Counted from the first letter of the stretch, positions 52,996 through 63,751 are shown. The stretch is 64,000 nucleotides of DNA from Actinomycetota bacterium (GCA_045805285.1 JBJMLN010000135.1:5656-69655); one strand, 5' to 3'. The notes: generated from the sequence alone by a model not told the origin. Numbers and translations are program-made.

Positions 52996-54482
52996 CACGC
53001 GTTCGGCCAGTCCGCTCCGGAGAGATCGAGCCGCACGCGGTGGCCCTTCTCGAAGATCCACGACGTCGCTTCGAGCTCCAGCGTCACGCGATACTCGGCG
53101 CCGGGCTCGAGCGGCGACGGATCCGTGCGCGACTCCCGCTGCGTGAGGTTCAACAGCCCGCGGGTCACGAGCGCGCTCGTTCCGTCCTCGAAGACGTCGC
53201 AGAGCTTCGCGTTCAGGTACGTCACGGGAACCGACGAGCGAAGCGTGATCTCCACGCGTGGATGGCCGAGGATGTCGAGCTCCTCGTCCAAAGGCCCCCA
53301 GTCGTAGACGAGCGAGTACGCCTCGTCCTCGCGCTGGTCGATCGGCTGCCCGAACGGGAGATGTCCGGCGCAGGAGATCCACGCCGTCCACCCGACGTCG
53401 CCGCGAACCTTCAGAGCGTCGAAGCCGTCACGCGCGACGACGTCGGAGTGCGCCTCCGACAACGCGTACGGCGTCTCCCTCATGCGCTCCAGGGGCCATC
53501 CCGGCTCGAACCGCCACTCGCCGCGCATCTCCTCGAGGTCGGCCTTCGGACGAGTGGAGCGTCGCGCGAACAGCACGATCGGCGGCTCCTCGTCGATGCC
53601 GTTGCGATCGTCCCTCAGCCAGCGGTCCCACCAGCGCACCATCTCCGGAACGAGGTCGATGTGCGGACCCGGCAGCGACGTGGCGGGAGACGCGTGCGCC
53701 CACGGGCCGAACAGCAGCCGCTTCGGACACTGCAACCGCTCCATCGTCCGGAAGGAGTTGTTGCGGTACCCGTCGGCCCAGCCGGCGACGATCATCGTGG
53801 CGGCCCAGATGCTCCCGTAGTCGGTGTTGAGCGACCCGTGGTCCCAGTACTCGCCTTTGGTCTGCTCCTCCAGCCAGGTGATCAGCCACGGTTCGTTGCC
53901 CTCGAACCGTTCCCGCCAGCGCTCTCGCCAGTTCTCGCCGGCGAGCGCGGGGACGGGCGGCAGCGCGTTCATCGCGAGCATGTACGTCGGATAGTCGATC
54001 GTGTCGAGCGCCTTGAAGGCGCCGCCGAAGTAGTGGACGTCGTCCATGTAGCGGTCATCCGTCGCGAAGATCGGGATGATCGCCTTCAGCGCCGGCGGCT
54101 GCTCCATCGCCACCTGGATCGAGTTGAAGCCCGAGTACGACGTTCCGAACATCCCGACGTTGCCCGTGGACCACTCCTGGGAGGCCAGCCACTCGATGAC
54201 CTGCACCATGTCCTTCTGCTCTTCCACCGGGTACTCGTCGGTCGCGAGCCCCTCCGAGGAGCCGGTGCCGCGGACGTCGACGCGCGCGACGGCGTAGCCG
54301 AACTCCTCCGCAAGGCGTTCGTACTCGCTCCGGTAGCTCGCGGTGACGTCGTCCTTCCGGTAGGGGAGCGCCTCCAACAGCGCGGGCCACGGGCCTTCGC
54401 GCTCGGGGAGATAGAGCGACGCCGCGAGCCGGACCCCGTCTCGCATCTCGATGAAGACGTCGGATTCGGACAAACCGACCAT
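52929..54482 (-). CDS. CocE/NonD (S15, Xaa-Pro dipeptidyl-peptidase-like) alpha/beta hydrolase, upstream reading frame of 517 aa. It is interrupted near its 3' end by a frameshift.
   Basis: GTSYSGF nucleophile elbow, MRDGVRLAASLYLP, and the C-terminal GHRVRLDLSGADWPNAWP (the CocE SSSNFP-region analogue). Confidence 0.8.
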   Translation of the reverse strand: MVGLSESDVFIEMRDGVRLAASLYLPEREGPWPALLEALPYRKDDVTASYRSEYERLAEEFGYAVARVDVRGTGSSEGLATDEYPVEEQKDMVQVIEWLASQEWSTGNVGMFGTSYSGFNSIQVAMEQPPALKAIIPIFATDDRYMDDVHYFGGAFKALDTIDYPTYMLAMNALPPVPALAGENWRERWRERFEGNEPWLITWLEEQTKGEYWDHGSLNTDYGSIWAATMIVAGWADGYRNNSFRTMERLQCPKRLLFGPWAHASPATSLPGPHIDLVPEMVRWWDRWLRDDRNGIDEEPPIVLFARRSTRPKADLEEMRGEWRFEPGWPLERMRETPYALSEAHSDVVARDGFDALKVRGDVGWTAWISCAGHLPFGQPIDQREDEAYSLVYDWGPLDEELDILGHPRVEITLRSSVPVTYLNAKLCDVFEDGTSALVTRGLLNLTQRESRTDPSPLEPGAEYRVTLELEATSWIFEKGHRVRLDLSGADWPNAWPPRRPRGSLSGAETRRSCCRC

Positions 54483-54521
54483 GGGCAGACGAATCCTACC
54501 TTCACACGGAATGCCCGCAGG

Positions 54522-56072
54522 TCATATCCACGAGCCGAACCACTGGCGCGCCTGCCACGCCTTCTCCGAGAGCGGAACCGCCGCGAGGACCGGATAGAAG
54601 AAGACGAACGCGGCCAGCGCGACGAGGACGAACGCGACGGTGACGGGGAGGTACGGCCTCGCCCGAGATCCCGCCAGATGGACGGTCGCGAGGTCTCGAG
54701 CCATGTACGTCAGCGCGAGGACGAAGAACGGAACGATCGGCAGCACGTAGAAGAAGAACTGCGGCCGCGAGACGAGGAACCACGGAAGGTACTGTCCGAC
54801 GGCGGCGACGATCACGAATCCCGCGACCCAGTCACGCCTCCTCCGCCATTGGAGCGCGACGTAGGGGAGCGCGATCAGGCTCCCCCAAAAGATCGCGGGG
54901 TTGCCGAGGTCGGTGACCTCCGTTCCGGGGCCGGCGAAGTAGTACACGACCGGCCGGCCCACGAAGATCCATTTCCACGCGGGGGAGAGGTACGGGTGGA
55001 TCGGCTGATGCGTCTTCGGATCGATCCCCTGCAGATGGAAATGGAACGACGCCATCGACTCCTGCAGGTTCCAGAAGTGCCCGAGGTCGAACCCGTTCTG
55101 CACCCAGAAGCGCGCGTACGCGACGAGGTAGACCGCGATCGGAACGAGCACCATCCACAGAACGATGCCGAAGCTCTCCTGTTGGATCGCCGCCCAGAGC
55201 GGCCGGCGCGTGCGTCCTTTCCGGCGCGTGCGTTCCCAGATGATCGAGATGAGTCCGGCGGCGAGGATCGCGTTGACGCCGGACCACTTCGTCGCGATCG
55301 CGCAGCCGAACGCCAGTCCGGCCGCGAGCCTCCACGGCCGGAAGATCGGTGACGGCGGGGGCTCCTGAGGAGGCTCCGTCTCGTCGGTGATCGTCGCCGT
55401 CGCGATCGCTCCGTCGGCCTCGAGCGCTCCCTGCGGTTCCGGCGCGACGGAGCTCGGCGCGGCGAAACCGCTCGCGACGTCCGCGGAGACGGGTTCGGAC
55501 GTTCCGAGGTGTCGCGTTCCCTCTTCCGGCGGCGGCCCCGATCGTCGCTCGATCCACCTTCGGTCGAGCAGGAGGAACACGAACGCGAGCAGGATCCACG
55601 TCGTGAGGAAGATGTCGAGCATCGCGGTGCGCGACTGCACGAAGTCGAGTCCCTCGACGGCGAGCAGCAGTCCGGCGACGGACGTCCAGAGCGGTTTCCT
55701 GAAAAGCAGCTGCGCGACGACCGCTGTCAACGCGACCCCTGCGGTTCCTGCCACGGCCGCGGCGAAGCGCCATCCGAACGGTGTGTTGCCGAACGCCATC
55801 ACGCCGAGCGCGACGGCCCACTTTCCGAGCTGCGGGTGCTCCCACGAGCTCTCGCCCCAGACGCCGACCCAGTACTTCTCCGTGTCGCCGTGGATGCCGC
55901 ACTCCGACGGCGGATAGCCCGCGTACATGCAGCCGTCCTTGGAATAGAAATGCTCGTCGAAGATCCGCTCGGCCGGCGTGGAGAGGTGATACAGCCGCAG
56001 GCCTCCCGCGATCGCGGTGACGGCGACGATCGCGACGACGGGGCGGTCGAGCCGGCGAAGGAACTCGTACAT
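54522..56072 (-). CDS. pmt: Protein O-mannosyltransferase (PMT / GT39 family).
   Basis: N-terminal DE motif (IFDEHFY) and multiple transmembrane segments. Sits in conserved synteny with rsmI. Confidence 0.85.
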   Translation of the reverse strand: MYEFLRRLDRPVVAIVAVTAIAGGLRLYHLSTPAERIFDEHFYSKDGCMYAGYPPSECGIHGDTEKYWVGVWGESSWEHPQLGKWAVALGVMAFGNTPFGWRFAAAVAGTAGVALTAVVAQLLFRKPLWTSVAGLLLAVEGLDFVQSRTAMLDIFLTTWILLAFVFLLLDRRWIERRSGPPPEEGTRHLGTSEPVSADVASGFAAPSSVAPEPQGALEADGAIATATITDETEPPQEPPPSPIFRPWRLAAGLAFGCAIATKWSGVNAILAAGLISIIWERTRRKGRTRRPLWAAIQQESFGIVLWMVLVPIAVYLVAYARFWVQNGFDLGHFWNLQESMASFHFHLQGIDPKTHQPIHPYLSPAWKWIFVGRPVVYYFAGPGTEVTDLGNPAIFWGSLIALPYVALQWRRRRDWVAGFVIVAAVGQYLPWFLVSRPQFFFYVLPIVPFFVLALTYMARDLATVHLAGSRARPYLPVTVAFVLVALAAFVFFYPVLAAVPLSEKAWQARQWFGSWI

Positions 56073-56133
56073 CGGACGGTCATGCTAGGGCAGCGGTCGC
56101 CTTCCGGAGGCGGCCCGAGCGCCTCCGGCGGGC

Positions 56134-56553
56134 TCAGCGCGTCGGACGGTCCTCGAGCCGGAAGACGAACCGAACCCCTTGCCAGTCGGCGTCGAGCGCC
56201 GCCGACTTGTTGTCGACGAGACCGGCGGCCAGGCCGAGCCCCTGGACCTCCTCGAACGTCAGGTCCGTCACGATCCCGGACGTCTTCTTGGGCCATCCGA
56301 CCCAGAGCCCGCCGGCCCGATCGAGCGCCCTCACGAGCGGCGGGAAGCGCCTCGCGAGGTCGGAGCGACGCGTCGCGAACAGCACGGCGACGTCGAGCGG
56401 TTTCCTCGCGCGGGGGAAGATCACCGCCTCCGCGGGCCACGGAACGAGGAGATCCGTGAACCCCTCGGGAGCTCCGATGAGGACGACGCGGCCACCCTCC
56501 TTGATGCCGAGCTTCTTCGGCAGCGGTGTTCCCGAATGGTCCTTCTCCGGCAT
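56134..56553 (-). CDS. DUF3052-domain protein.
   Basis: MPEKDHSGTPLPKKLGIKEGGRVVLIGAPEGF is the typical DUF3052 N-terminus. Confidence 0.6.
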   Translation of the reverse strand: MPEKDHSGTPLPKKLGIKEGGRVVLIGAPEGFTDLLVPWPAEAVIFPRARKPLDVAVLFATRRSDLARRFPPLVRALDRAGGLWVGWPKKTSGIVTDLTFEEVQGLGLAAGLVDNKSAALDADWQGVRFVFRLEDRPTR

Positions 56554-56596
56554 CGGGCGACGGTAGCTCTGTCGATGCCGTGCCACCATCTAGAGG

Positions 56597-57424
56597 ATGG
56601 CCGGAACGCTGCACCTCGTCGGAACGCCGATCGGGAACCTCGGCGACATCAGCCAACGCGCGAAGGAGACGCTCGCGCGCGTCGACGTCGTCGCCGCGGA
56701 GGACACCCGCCGTGCCCGGAAGCTCCTGTCCCATCTCCGCGTCCGAGCGGAGCTCACCACGCTCTTCGAGGGCAACGAGCGTTCGCGAACGGAGACGCTG
56801 CTCGACGCGCTCCGCGCGGGGCGCGACGTCGCCGTGATCTCCGATGCGGGGATGCCGGGACTTTCCGATCCGGGGTACCGACTGGTCCGCGCGTGCGCGG
56901 GCGAGGGGATCGAGGTGCGCGTCGTCCCCGGTCCGTCCGCGGCGATCGCGGCGCTCGTCGTGTCCGGGCTCCCGTCCGACCGCTTCGTCTTCGAGGGCTT
57001 CCTTCCGAAGAAGGAGGGAGAGCGGAGCGCCCGCCTGGAGGCGCTCGCCACCGAACGGAGGACGATCGTGCTGTTCGAATCTCCACGGCGCGTGTCCGCT
57101 ACGCTCGACGCGATCGCGTCGGCCCTCGGGCCGGAGCGGCCGGTGGCGGTCGCCCGGGAGCTCACCAAGGTGCACGAGGAAGTGCTCCGCGGAAACGCCT
57201 CGGAGCTGGCGGAGAACCTCCGCGACCAGGAGCTGCGTGGCGAGGTCGTCCTCGTCGTCGGGGGGGCGACGCGAGGCCCGGCCCCGGAGCTCTCGGAGCT
57301 CGTCGATGAGGCGGCGGAGCTGACCCGCGCCGGCAGTAAGAAGCGCGAGGCCGCCGCCGAGATCGCGCGCCGGCATCACGTCTCTGCCAACTCGATCTAT
57401 CGGGCGCTGCTCGAGGAGCGCTGA
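56597..57424 (+). CDS. rsmI: 16S rRNA (cytidine1402-2'-O)-methyltransferase.
   Basis: LHLVGTPIGNLGDISQRAKETLARVDVVAAEDTRRARKLL. Confidence 0.9.
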   Translation: MAGTLHLVGTPIGNLGDISQRAKETLARVDVVAAEDTRRARKLLSHLRVRAELTTLFEGNERSRTETLLDALRAGRDVAVISDAGMPGLSDPGYRLVRACAGEGIEVRVVPGPSAAIAALVVSGLPSDRFVFEGFLPKKEGERSARLEALATERRTIVLFESPRRVSATLDAIASALGPERPVAVARELTKVHEEVLRGNASELAENLRDQELRGEVVLVVGGATRGPAPELSELVDEAAELTRAGSKKREAAAEIARRHHVSANSIYRALLEER

Positions 57425-58239
57425 TGCGGTTCCCCGAGCCGCCGGATGGGCTCCCTTCGCCTCCGCGGCCGGCAGAGATGCCGCCCCCGCCGAATCCGCT
57501 CGGACCGGGTCTCGGCAGCCCACCTCGATCGCCGTGGTTCCTGCGCGGGGCGTGGCTTCCGGCCGTGCTCGTGGTCGTGCTCGTGGCGGTGGTGGGCGCG
57601 GCGATCGCAGGGCCGCTCGTCGCCTCGAGCGACCACTCGGGCGAGTACTCCTTCCTCCAGCGTCGCGCCGACGGCTCGCCCGTGCGATGGGATCCGTGCG
57701 CGCCGATCCACTTCGTCACGAACCTGAGCGGCGCGCCGCAGAACGAGTTCGCCGACGTGCAGGAGGCCCTCCGCCGCATCACGGGGGCGACCGGCATCCG
57801 GTTCGTCTACGACGGTCCGACCCGCGCGCTTCCGCGCGGCGTTCCGAACGCGAGCGAGGTCGCGACTCCGCCGGGAGAGGATGCGCCGCCGGTGCTGATC
57901 GCGTGGCTCGATAGCGAGGAGTTCATCGACGTCGGCGGAAGGAGCTCGCAGGTCGGTCTCGCCGTCACCTCGACCGAGCCCGACGGCTTCTACTACGACA
58001 CCGGCTTCGTCGCGCTCAACGGCGGACAGGACCTGGTCCCCGGTTTCGGCATCGGGCCGACCTGGGGACCGGTGATCCTCCACGAGCTCGGTCACATCAT
58101 GGGACTCGGGCACACTCCGGCGACCGACGAGCTGATGAACCCGCAGGAGAATCCCGTCGTCACGGGCTTCGGCGACGGCGATCTCGCGGGTTTGCGGATC
58201 CTCGGGCGCCACGGGTCCTGCGCCGCCGCGACTCCCTGA
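57424..58239 (+). CDS. Membrane-anchored zinc metalloprotease with a metzincin HExxHxxGxxH motif.
   Basis: HELGHIMGLGH. The N-terminus is Pro-rich and followed by a transmembrane segment LPAVLVVVLVAVVGAAIAG. Confidence 0.75.
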   Translation: MRFPEPPDGLPSPPRPAEMPPPPNPLGPGLGSPPRSPWFLRGAWLPAVLVVVLVAVVGAAIAGPLVASSDHSGEYSFLQRRADGSPVRWDPCAPIHFVTNLSGAPQNEFADVQEALRRITGATGIRFVYDGPTRALPRGVPNASEVATPPGEDAPPVLIAWLDSEEFIDVGGRSSQVGLAVTSTEPDGFYYDTGFVALNGGQDLVPGFGIGPTWGPVILHELGHIMGLGHTPATDELMNPQENPVVTGFGDGDLAGLRILGRHGSCAAATP

Positions 58240-58291
58240 CGCCGTTCCTGCGTGACGCGGCCGCGAAGCGCCGCCTCGTTAGGATGGTCCG

Positions 58292-59824
58292 ATGGGACGC
58301 GAGACCTTCTATGTGACGTCGGCGATCCCCTACGTCAACGCCGAGCCGCACGTCGGAACCGCCTACGGCCACGTCGCCTGTGACGTCATCGCGCGCTATC
58401 ACCGTCTCCGCGGCGACGACACCTTCTTCCTGACGGGAACCGACGAGCACAGCCAGAACGTCGCCCGCTCAGCCGAGGAGCAGGGCATCACGCCCCAGGA
58501 GTGGGTCGACACGATGGTGCCGAAGTGGAAGGACGTCTGGCGTCGGCTCGACATCTCCTTCGACGACTTCATCAGGACCTCCGAGGAGCGCCACGCCGAG
58601 CGCGTCCAGGCGTTCGTCCAGCGTCTCCACGACCGCGGGGAGGTGTACCTGGGCTTCTACGAGGGCCCGTACTGCGTCTCCTGCGAGGAGTTCAAGGTCG
58701 ACAAGGAGCTCGTGGACGGCAAGTGTCCGATCCACCTGATCCCGGTGGAGCAGCTCCGGGAGGAGAACTGGTTCTTCCCGCTCTCGGCCTACCGGGACAA
58801 GCTCCTCGCTCTCTACGAGGACCACCCCGAGTTCGTGGAGCCGGAGACGCGGCGGAACGAGGTCGTCTCGTTCGTGGGAGGCGGGCTCCAGGACCTCTCG
58901 ATCTCGCGATCCGGCTCGAGCTGGGGGATCCCGCTGCCGTGGGACTCCGCCCACGTCATCTACGTCTGGGTCGACGCGCTCCTGAACTACATCACCGCCC
59001 CGGGGTTCGGCACGGACGACCCCCTGTTCGACCGCGTGTGGCCGGCCGACGTCCAGGTGATCGGAAAGGACATCACGCGCTTCCACGCCGTCATCTGGCC
59101 GGCGCTGCTGATGGCGGCCGGGCTGGAGGTGCCGAAGACGATCCTCGCCCACGGCTTCCTCTATCTGTCGGGGGAGAAGATGTCGAAGAGCCGCGGGAAC
59201 GTCGTCCATCCGCTGGAGCTCGTCGACCGCTTCGGCGTCGACTCCTACCGGTACTTCTTCATGCGGGAGGTGCCGTTCGGACAGGACGGGAACTACTCCC
59301 TCGAGGCGATCCTCGACCGGCACAACGCCGATCTCGCCAACGGCCTCGGGAACCTGGCGAGCCGAGTCCTCGCGATGCTCGGCTCGAACTACGACGGCGT
59401 CGTGCCGGACGCGAACGACCCCTCGGAGGCGGGCGCGCTTCCGGGCCTGGTCGCCGACGTGGTGGAGCGTCTCGACGCCGCGATGGAGACGTTCTCGCTC
59501 ACCGCCGCCATCGCCGCCGTATGGGAGGTCGTGTCCGAGGCGAACCGATACCTCGTCGAGCGGGCTCCGTGGAGGCTCGCCAAGGAGGGGGGCCACGACG
59601 AGGAGCTCGCGGCGGTTCTCTACGCGTCCGCGGAGACGTTGCGGATCCTCGCGGTCCTCATCCAGCCCGTCATGCCGTCCGCCGCCGACCGGCTGTGGAA
59701 GCAGCTCGGGATCGCGGAGCCACTCGCCGCCCAGCGGCTGCCGGATGCCGCCCGTTGGGGCGGGCTCGAGGCCGGCACGAAGACGAGCAAGGGCGAGCCG
59801 CTGTTCCCGCGCCTCGACGAGTGA
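58292..59824 (+). CDS. metG: Methionine--tRNA ligase.
   Basis: HVGTAYGH (HIGH), KMSKS, and the zinc knuckle CVSCEEF...GKCPIH. Confidence 0.95.
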   Translation: MGRETFYVTSAIPYVNAEPHVGTAYGHVACDVIARYHRLRGDDTFFLTGTDEHSQNVARSAEEQGITPQEWVDTMVPKWKDVWRRLDISFDDFIRTSEERHAERVQAFVQRLHDRGEVYLGFYEGPYCVSCEEFKVDKELVDGKCPIHLIPVEQLREENWFFPLSAYRDKLLALYEDHPEFVEPETRRNEVVSFVGGGLQDLSISRSGSSWGIPLPWDSAHVIYVWVDALLNYITAPGFGTDDPLFDRVWPADVQVIGKDITRFHAVIWPALLMAAGLEVPKTILAHGFLYLSGEKMSKSRGNVVHPLELVDRFGVDSYRYFFMREVPFGQDGNYSLEAILDRHNADLANGLGNLASRVLAMLGSNYDGVVPDANDPSEAGALPGLVADVVERLDAAMETFSLTAAIAAVWEVVSEANRYLVERAPWRLAKEGGHDEELAAVLYASAETLRILAVLIQPVMPSAADRLWKQLGIAEPLAAQRLPDAARWGGLEAGTKTSKGEPLFPRLDE

Positions 59825-59903
59825 GTGAGACTCCGGCGCGCATGCGCCGCTCCCGTCGCGCCGAGCTTCGAGCGCCGGTCGAGCTTCGAGCAGGATCGCG
59901 CCC

Positions 59904-60698
59904 TTGATGTCGGACAACCCTCGAGAGGCCGTCGAGAGAGGCGTCGTCGACACCCACTGTCACCTCTTCCTCCTCTCCGAAGAGCCCGCTGCGGCGGTCG
60001 AGGCGGCGAACGCCGCGGGCGTCGATTCCCTCGTCTGCGTCGGCATCGACCCCGAGTCGAGCCGTCGCTCCGCCGAGCTTGCGGAGACGTTCCGCGGCGT
60101 CTTCGCCACTGCGGGGATGCATCCGCACACCGCGTCGGAGCTCGACGACGAGGCGGGAGCGTTGCTCGAGGAGCTCCTCTCCAGCCCCCATGTCGTCGGG
60201 GTGGGAGAGACGGGTCTCGACCAGTACCGGAAGCTTTCGCCGCCGGAGGACCAGGAGCGCGCGCTGCGTCTCCACGTGGCGCTGTCGCGGGAACACGCCA
60301 AACCGCTCGTCGTCCACGTCCGCGAGGCATGGCCGCGGATCCTTGAAGTGCTGGATGAGGAACGAGCCGAACAGGTCGTGATCCACTGCTTCTCCGGCGA
60401 CGCGGAGATCGCGCGGGAGTGCGTCGCCCGCGGATACTTCCTGTCGTTCGCCGGGAACCTGACGTACCCCGCGAACAAGCCGATGCGCGAAGCCGTTGCG
60501 TCAGCTCCGATGGATCGACTCCTGGTCGAGACCGACAGCCCGTTCCTCTCTCCACAATCACGTCGCGGTCGAGACAACTCGCCGGCCTTCGTCGTCGCGG
60601 TCGTCGAGGAGATCGCCGCACTCCGCGGCGACACGGTGGAAAACGTCGCGGCCGCCGTGTCGGAGAACGCCGGCCGCGCGTTCCCCGGGCTCCGATAG
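59904..60698 (+). CDS. tatD: TatD-family metal-dependent hydrolase.
   Basis: VDTHCHL, GETGLDQY. Confidence 0.9.
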   Translation: MMSDNPREAVERGVVDTHCHLFLLSEEPAAAVEAANAAGVDSLVCVGIDPESSRRSAELAETFRGVFATAGMHPHTASELDDEAGALLEELLSSPHVVGVGETGLDQYRKLSPPEDQERALRLHVALSREHAKPLVVHVREAWPRILEVLDEERAEQVVIHCFSGDAEIARECVARGYFLSFAGNLTYPANKPMREAVASAPMDRLLVETDSPFLSPQSRRGRDNSPAFVVAVVEEIAALRGDTVENVAAAVSENAGRAFPGLR

Positions 60699-60862
60699 CG
60701 TCTGTGAGCGCCGGTCCGAGGGCTTCCACCGGGGCGAACGGGCGTTCCCGCTCAAGATTGATGTACAGGTTGAGGCTTTGGTAGGGTCCGCCTCGTGAGC
60801 TGGAGGCTTCGGCCCGGCCAACGCCGCTTCCCCCCGGAGCCTTCCTTCGATGAGGAGGAAGG

Positions 60863-62011
60863 TTGGCGGTATCAGCCATGCGGGTGCGCAGACTGCGCGT
60901 CCGGCGCGCGATCGCGCGCGCCTCGCTCGCCGGCATGCTTCTCGCCGCGGGCGTCCTCTACATCGCGCTTCAGAAGAACGTCACCTTGGTGGTCGACGGG
61001 CAGGCTCGCCCCGTCGCCACCTTCGACTCCAACGTGGGGGAGCTCCTCCACGGCATCTCGCTTGAGCCCGGAGACCACGTCATGCCCTCGCCGTCGACGT
61101 CGCTGTCGGACGGCATGGTCGTCGTGGTCTCCCGCGAGACGCCGGCCGCCGCGGCGGCATCGAGCTCTCCGACCGGTGGGGTCTGGGCGGTGGGGGGGGT
61201 GAGCGGGGCGCTCCGCGAGGAGCTCCTTGCTCCAGCCGAGACCGCGCTCTCCGCGGACGCGTCCACTGGGCCGTCCACGATCGTCGAGGAACGAGTCGTC
61301 GTGATGGGGAAGGTTCGCGACGTGCTCACCAACGCCTCGACGGTCGGGACACTCCTCTCGGCCATGGGGATCGAGCCCGACGGCCGCGACCGCGTCCTCC
61401 CATCGCCCAGCACCCCGCTCTCCAAGGCGGCGACGGTTCGCTACGTCGACGTCGACCAGCGCACCCGGAAGGTGACCTCCCCGATCCCGTTCACCACGTA
61501 CACGACGTACTCCTCGTCGATGGCTCCGGGATCCGTCCACGTCGTCCGCGACGGCAAGCCCGGTCGCTTCGAGCGGACGTACCGCGTGCGGACGATCGAC
61601 GGCAAGGTCGTCAGGAAGCATCAGATCGACCAGCACGTCGTCGAGACTCCGGTCGCTGAGCACCGCGTCGTCGGAGGAACCGAACCGTCCGCGCCGGCGC
61701 CGGTATCGCCGCCGGAGTCCTCGCAGCCCGCCCCCGAGGAGCCGAGCGGAACCGCGAGCGGCGACGGCGTGGAGGTCGGTGACGCCTCCTGGTACAGCTT
61801 CGCGCCGGGCTCGGGCTTCACGGCGGCGCATCCGTGGCTTCCGTTCGGGACGCACGTGACCGTCACGAATCTCACGAACGGTCGGAGCGTCACCGTGGTA
61901 ATCAACGACCGTGGACCGTTCGGCGGGCGAAGCATCGACCTCTCCGAGGAGGCGTTCGCCCAGATCGCGCCGCTCAGCCAGGGCGTCGCGCACGTCCGCC
62001 TCACCTGGTAG
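60863..62011 (+). CDS. RpfB/YabE-like cell-wall protein. It has an N-terminal transmembrane segment, DUF348 repeats, a G5 domain, and a C-terminal RlpA-like / 3D double-psi beta-barrel in place of an Rpf lysozyme-like domain.
   Basis: [23 protein letters not shown] (DUF348) and the C-terminal [58 protein letters not shown] (DPBB). Confidence 0.75.
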   Translation: MAVSAMRVRRLRVRRAIARASLAGMLLAAGVLYIALQKNVTLVVDGQARPVATFDSNVGELLHGISLEPGDHVMPSPSTSLSDGMVVVVSRETPAAAAASSSPTGGVWAVGGVSGALREELLAPAETALSADASTGPSTIVEERVVVMGKVRDVLTNASTVGTLLSAMGIEPDGRDRVLPSPSTPLSKAATVRYVDVDQRTRKVTSPIPFTTYTTYSSSMAPGSVHVVRDGKPGRFERTYRVRTIDGKVVRKHQIDQHVVETPVAEHRVVGGTEPSAPAPVSPPESSQPAPEEPSGTASGDGVEVGDASWYSFAPGSGFTAAHPWLPFGTHVTVTNLTNGRSVTVVINDRGPFGGRSIDLSEEAFAQIAPLSQGVAHVRLTW

Positions 62012-62846
62012 CGGCGGCGTCGGCCGGCTCGGCGCTCGGTCTCTCCGCGAGCTGGCGGAGCGCCATGGAATCTCCCCGAAGGCGGCCCTCGGTCAGCACT
62101 TCCTGATCGATCCGAACCTCGCCGATGCGATCGCCGCTGCCTCAGGGGCGGCTCCCGGGGTCAGCGTCGTGGAGATCGGAGCCGGTCTCGGCTCGCTGAC
62201 CCGCGCGCTCGCGGAACGGCGAGCGTCCGTCCTCGCGCTGGAGTTCGACCGTGCGCTGATCCCGGCGTTGACGGAGGCGGTCGGAGACCTCCCGGATGTC
62301 GCGATCCGTCAGGCGGACGCGACGTCGCTGGCATGGCAGTCGCTGCTCGGGAATGCGAGCTGGCGATGCGCGGCCAACCTTCCGTACAACGTCGGGGTGC
62401 CGATCCTGCTGCGGGCGCTGGAGGAGGCGCCCGCGATCGAGGAGTACGTGGTGATGGTGCAGCGAGAGGTCGCGGAGAGGTTGGTGGCCGGCCCCGGGGA
62501 CGACTCGTACGGAACGACGTCGCTCCGCGTCGCGTACCGAGCCGATGCGGAGATCCTCCGAACCGTTCCGCCGTCGGTGTTCTGGCCGCGGCCACACGTC
62601 GGCTCGGCGGTGGTGCGGCTGAAGCCGCATCCGCCCCGTGTGGCGACGGATCCCGGCGTGCTGTTCCGCGTGATCGACGTCTCCTTCGCCGAGCGACGCA
62701 AGACGATGCGGAGCGCGGCGCGGCGACTCGCCGTTCCAGCGGATCGCGTCGCCGACACGCTTCGCTCCGCGGAGATCGATCCGGACGCGCGGGCGGAGTC
62801 CCTGTCGCTCGATCGCTTCGCCGCGCTCGCGGAGGCGTTGGAGTGA
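61911..62846 (+). CDS. rsmA: 16S rRNA (adenine1518/1519-N6)-dimethyltransferase. The only in-frame canonical start is the ATG at 61911, which overlaps the upstream gene by 101 nt. The conserved region begins at ~62040.
   Basis: [30 protein letters not shown]. Confidence 0.8.
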   Translation: MDRSAGEASTSPRRRSPRSRRSARASRTSASPGSGGVGRLGARSLRELAERHGISPKAALGQHFLIDPNLADAIAAASGAAPGVSVVEIGAGLGSLTRALAERRASVLALEFDRALIPALTEAVGDLPDVAIRQADATSLAWQSLLGNASWRCAANLPYNVGVPILLRALEEAPAIEEYVVMVQREVAERLVAGPGDDSYGTTSLRVAYRADAEILRTVPPSVFWPRPHVGSAVVRLKPHPPRVATDPGVLFRVIDVSFAERRKTMRSAARRLAVPADRVADTLRSAEIDPDARAESLSLDRFAALAEALE

Positions 62847-63751
62847 GCGCCGTGACGCGGCGGGCGTACGGAAAGATCAACGTGTTCCTGCGCGTCGTCG
62901 GCAAGCGGCGCGACGGCTATCACGAGATCGAGAGCCTCGTCGTTCCGATCTCCCTCGCCGATCGCGTTTCGGCTCGTCTCGCACCGGCGCTCCGCCTGAA
63001 CGTCTCGGGCAACACGACGACGGGAGTTCCGCAGGGGCCGGCGAACCTCGCGTTGCTGGCCGCGTTGGCTCTCGCGGAGGCATGCGAGCCGTCGGAGGGC
63101 GCGGAGATCTCGATCACGAAGCACGTCCCGGCGGCGGGCGGTCTCGGCGGAGGGAGCTCCGACGCCGCCGCGGTTCTCCACGCGCTGAGCGAACTGTGGG
63201 AGTGCGAGCTGCGCCCTTCCGCTCTCTCGCGGATCGGAGCGGCGCTCGGCTCGGACGTCCCTGCTGCCCTGCGCGCGGCGCCAGTGGTGATGCGGGGGCG
63301 AGGGGAGACGCTTCGCCCAGCCAAGATCGGAGGCACGCAGTGGTGGACGCTCGTCCCGTTCGATTTCCCCGTCCGGTCCCCGGACGCGTACCGGTGGTGG
63401 GACGAGGACCGTGAGCGGAGCGGGCCATCTCCGACTGCGTTACTCCGCGCCGCCGCCGCCGGAAAGCTCCGGCGCCTCGGAGAGCTGCTGTTCAACGATC
63501 TCGAGGGCCCCGTCCTCCGGCGCCATCCGGAGGTCGCAGAGGTGAAGGAGCGCCTCCTGTCCGCGGGCGCCCTCGGGGCGGTCATGAGCGGAAGCGGCCC
63601 GACCGTCGTCGGTCTCGCGGAGGACCGATCGCACGCCCAGCGCCTCGCGCGGAGGTTCGAGGGAGCGAAGGTCGTCTCAGCGCCTCCCGACCGAATGACG
63701 GGCGTCGCCCTACCCGCGCGGGATAATCGAAAGCGGTCCGGGGTCGTCTAA
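62843..63751 (+). CDS. ispE: 4-(cytidine 5'-diphospho)-2-C-methyl-D-erythritol kinase.
   Basis: YGKINVFLRVVGKRRDGYHEIESL and the GHMP motif PAAGGLGGGSSDAAA. GTGA overlap with rsmA. Confidence 0.9.
   Translation: MSAVTRRAYGKINVFLRVVGKRRDGYHEIESLVVPISLADRVSARLAPALRLNVSGNTTTGVPQGPANLALLAALALAEACEPSEGAEISITKHVPAAGGLGGGSSDAAAVLHALSELWECELRPSALSRIGAALGSDVPAALRAAPVVMRGRGETLRPAKIGGTQWWTLVPFDFPVRSPDAYRWWDEDRERSGPSPTALLRAAAAGKLRRLGELLFNDLEGPVLRRHPEVAEVKERLLSAGALGAVMSGSGPTVVGLAEDRSHAQRLARRFEGAKVVSAPPDRMTGVALPARDNRKRSGVV

Noticed and set aside
61834-62106. Alternative ATG (~62065) as the rsmA start.
   Set aside because: That ATG is out of frame with the conserved rsmA reading (LGQHFLID...). It belongs to a 90-aa Arg-rich overlapping ORF.
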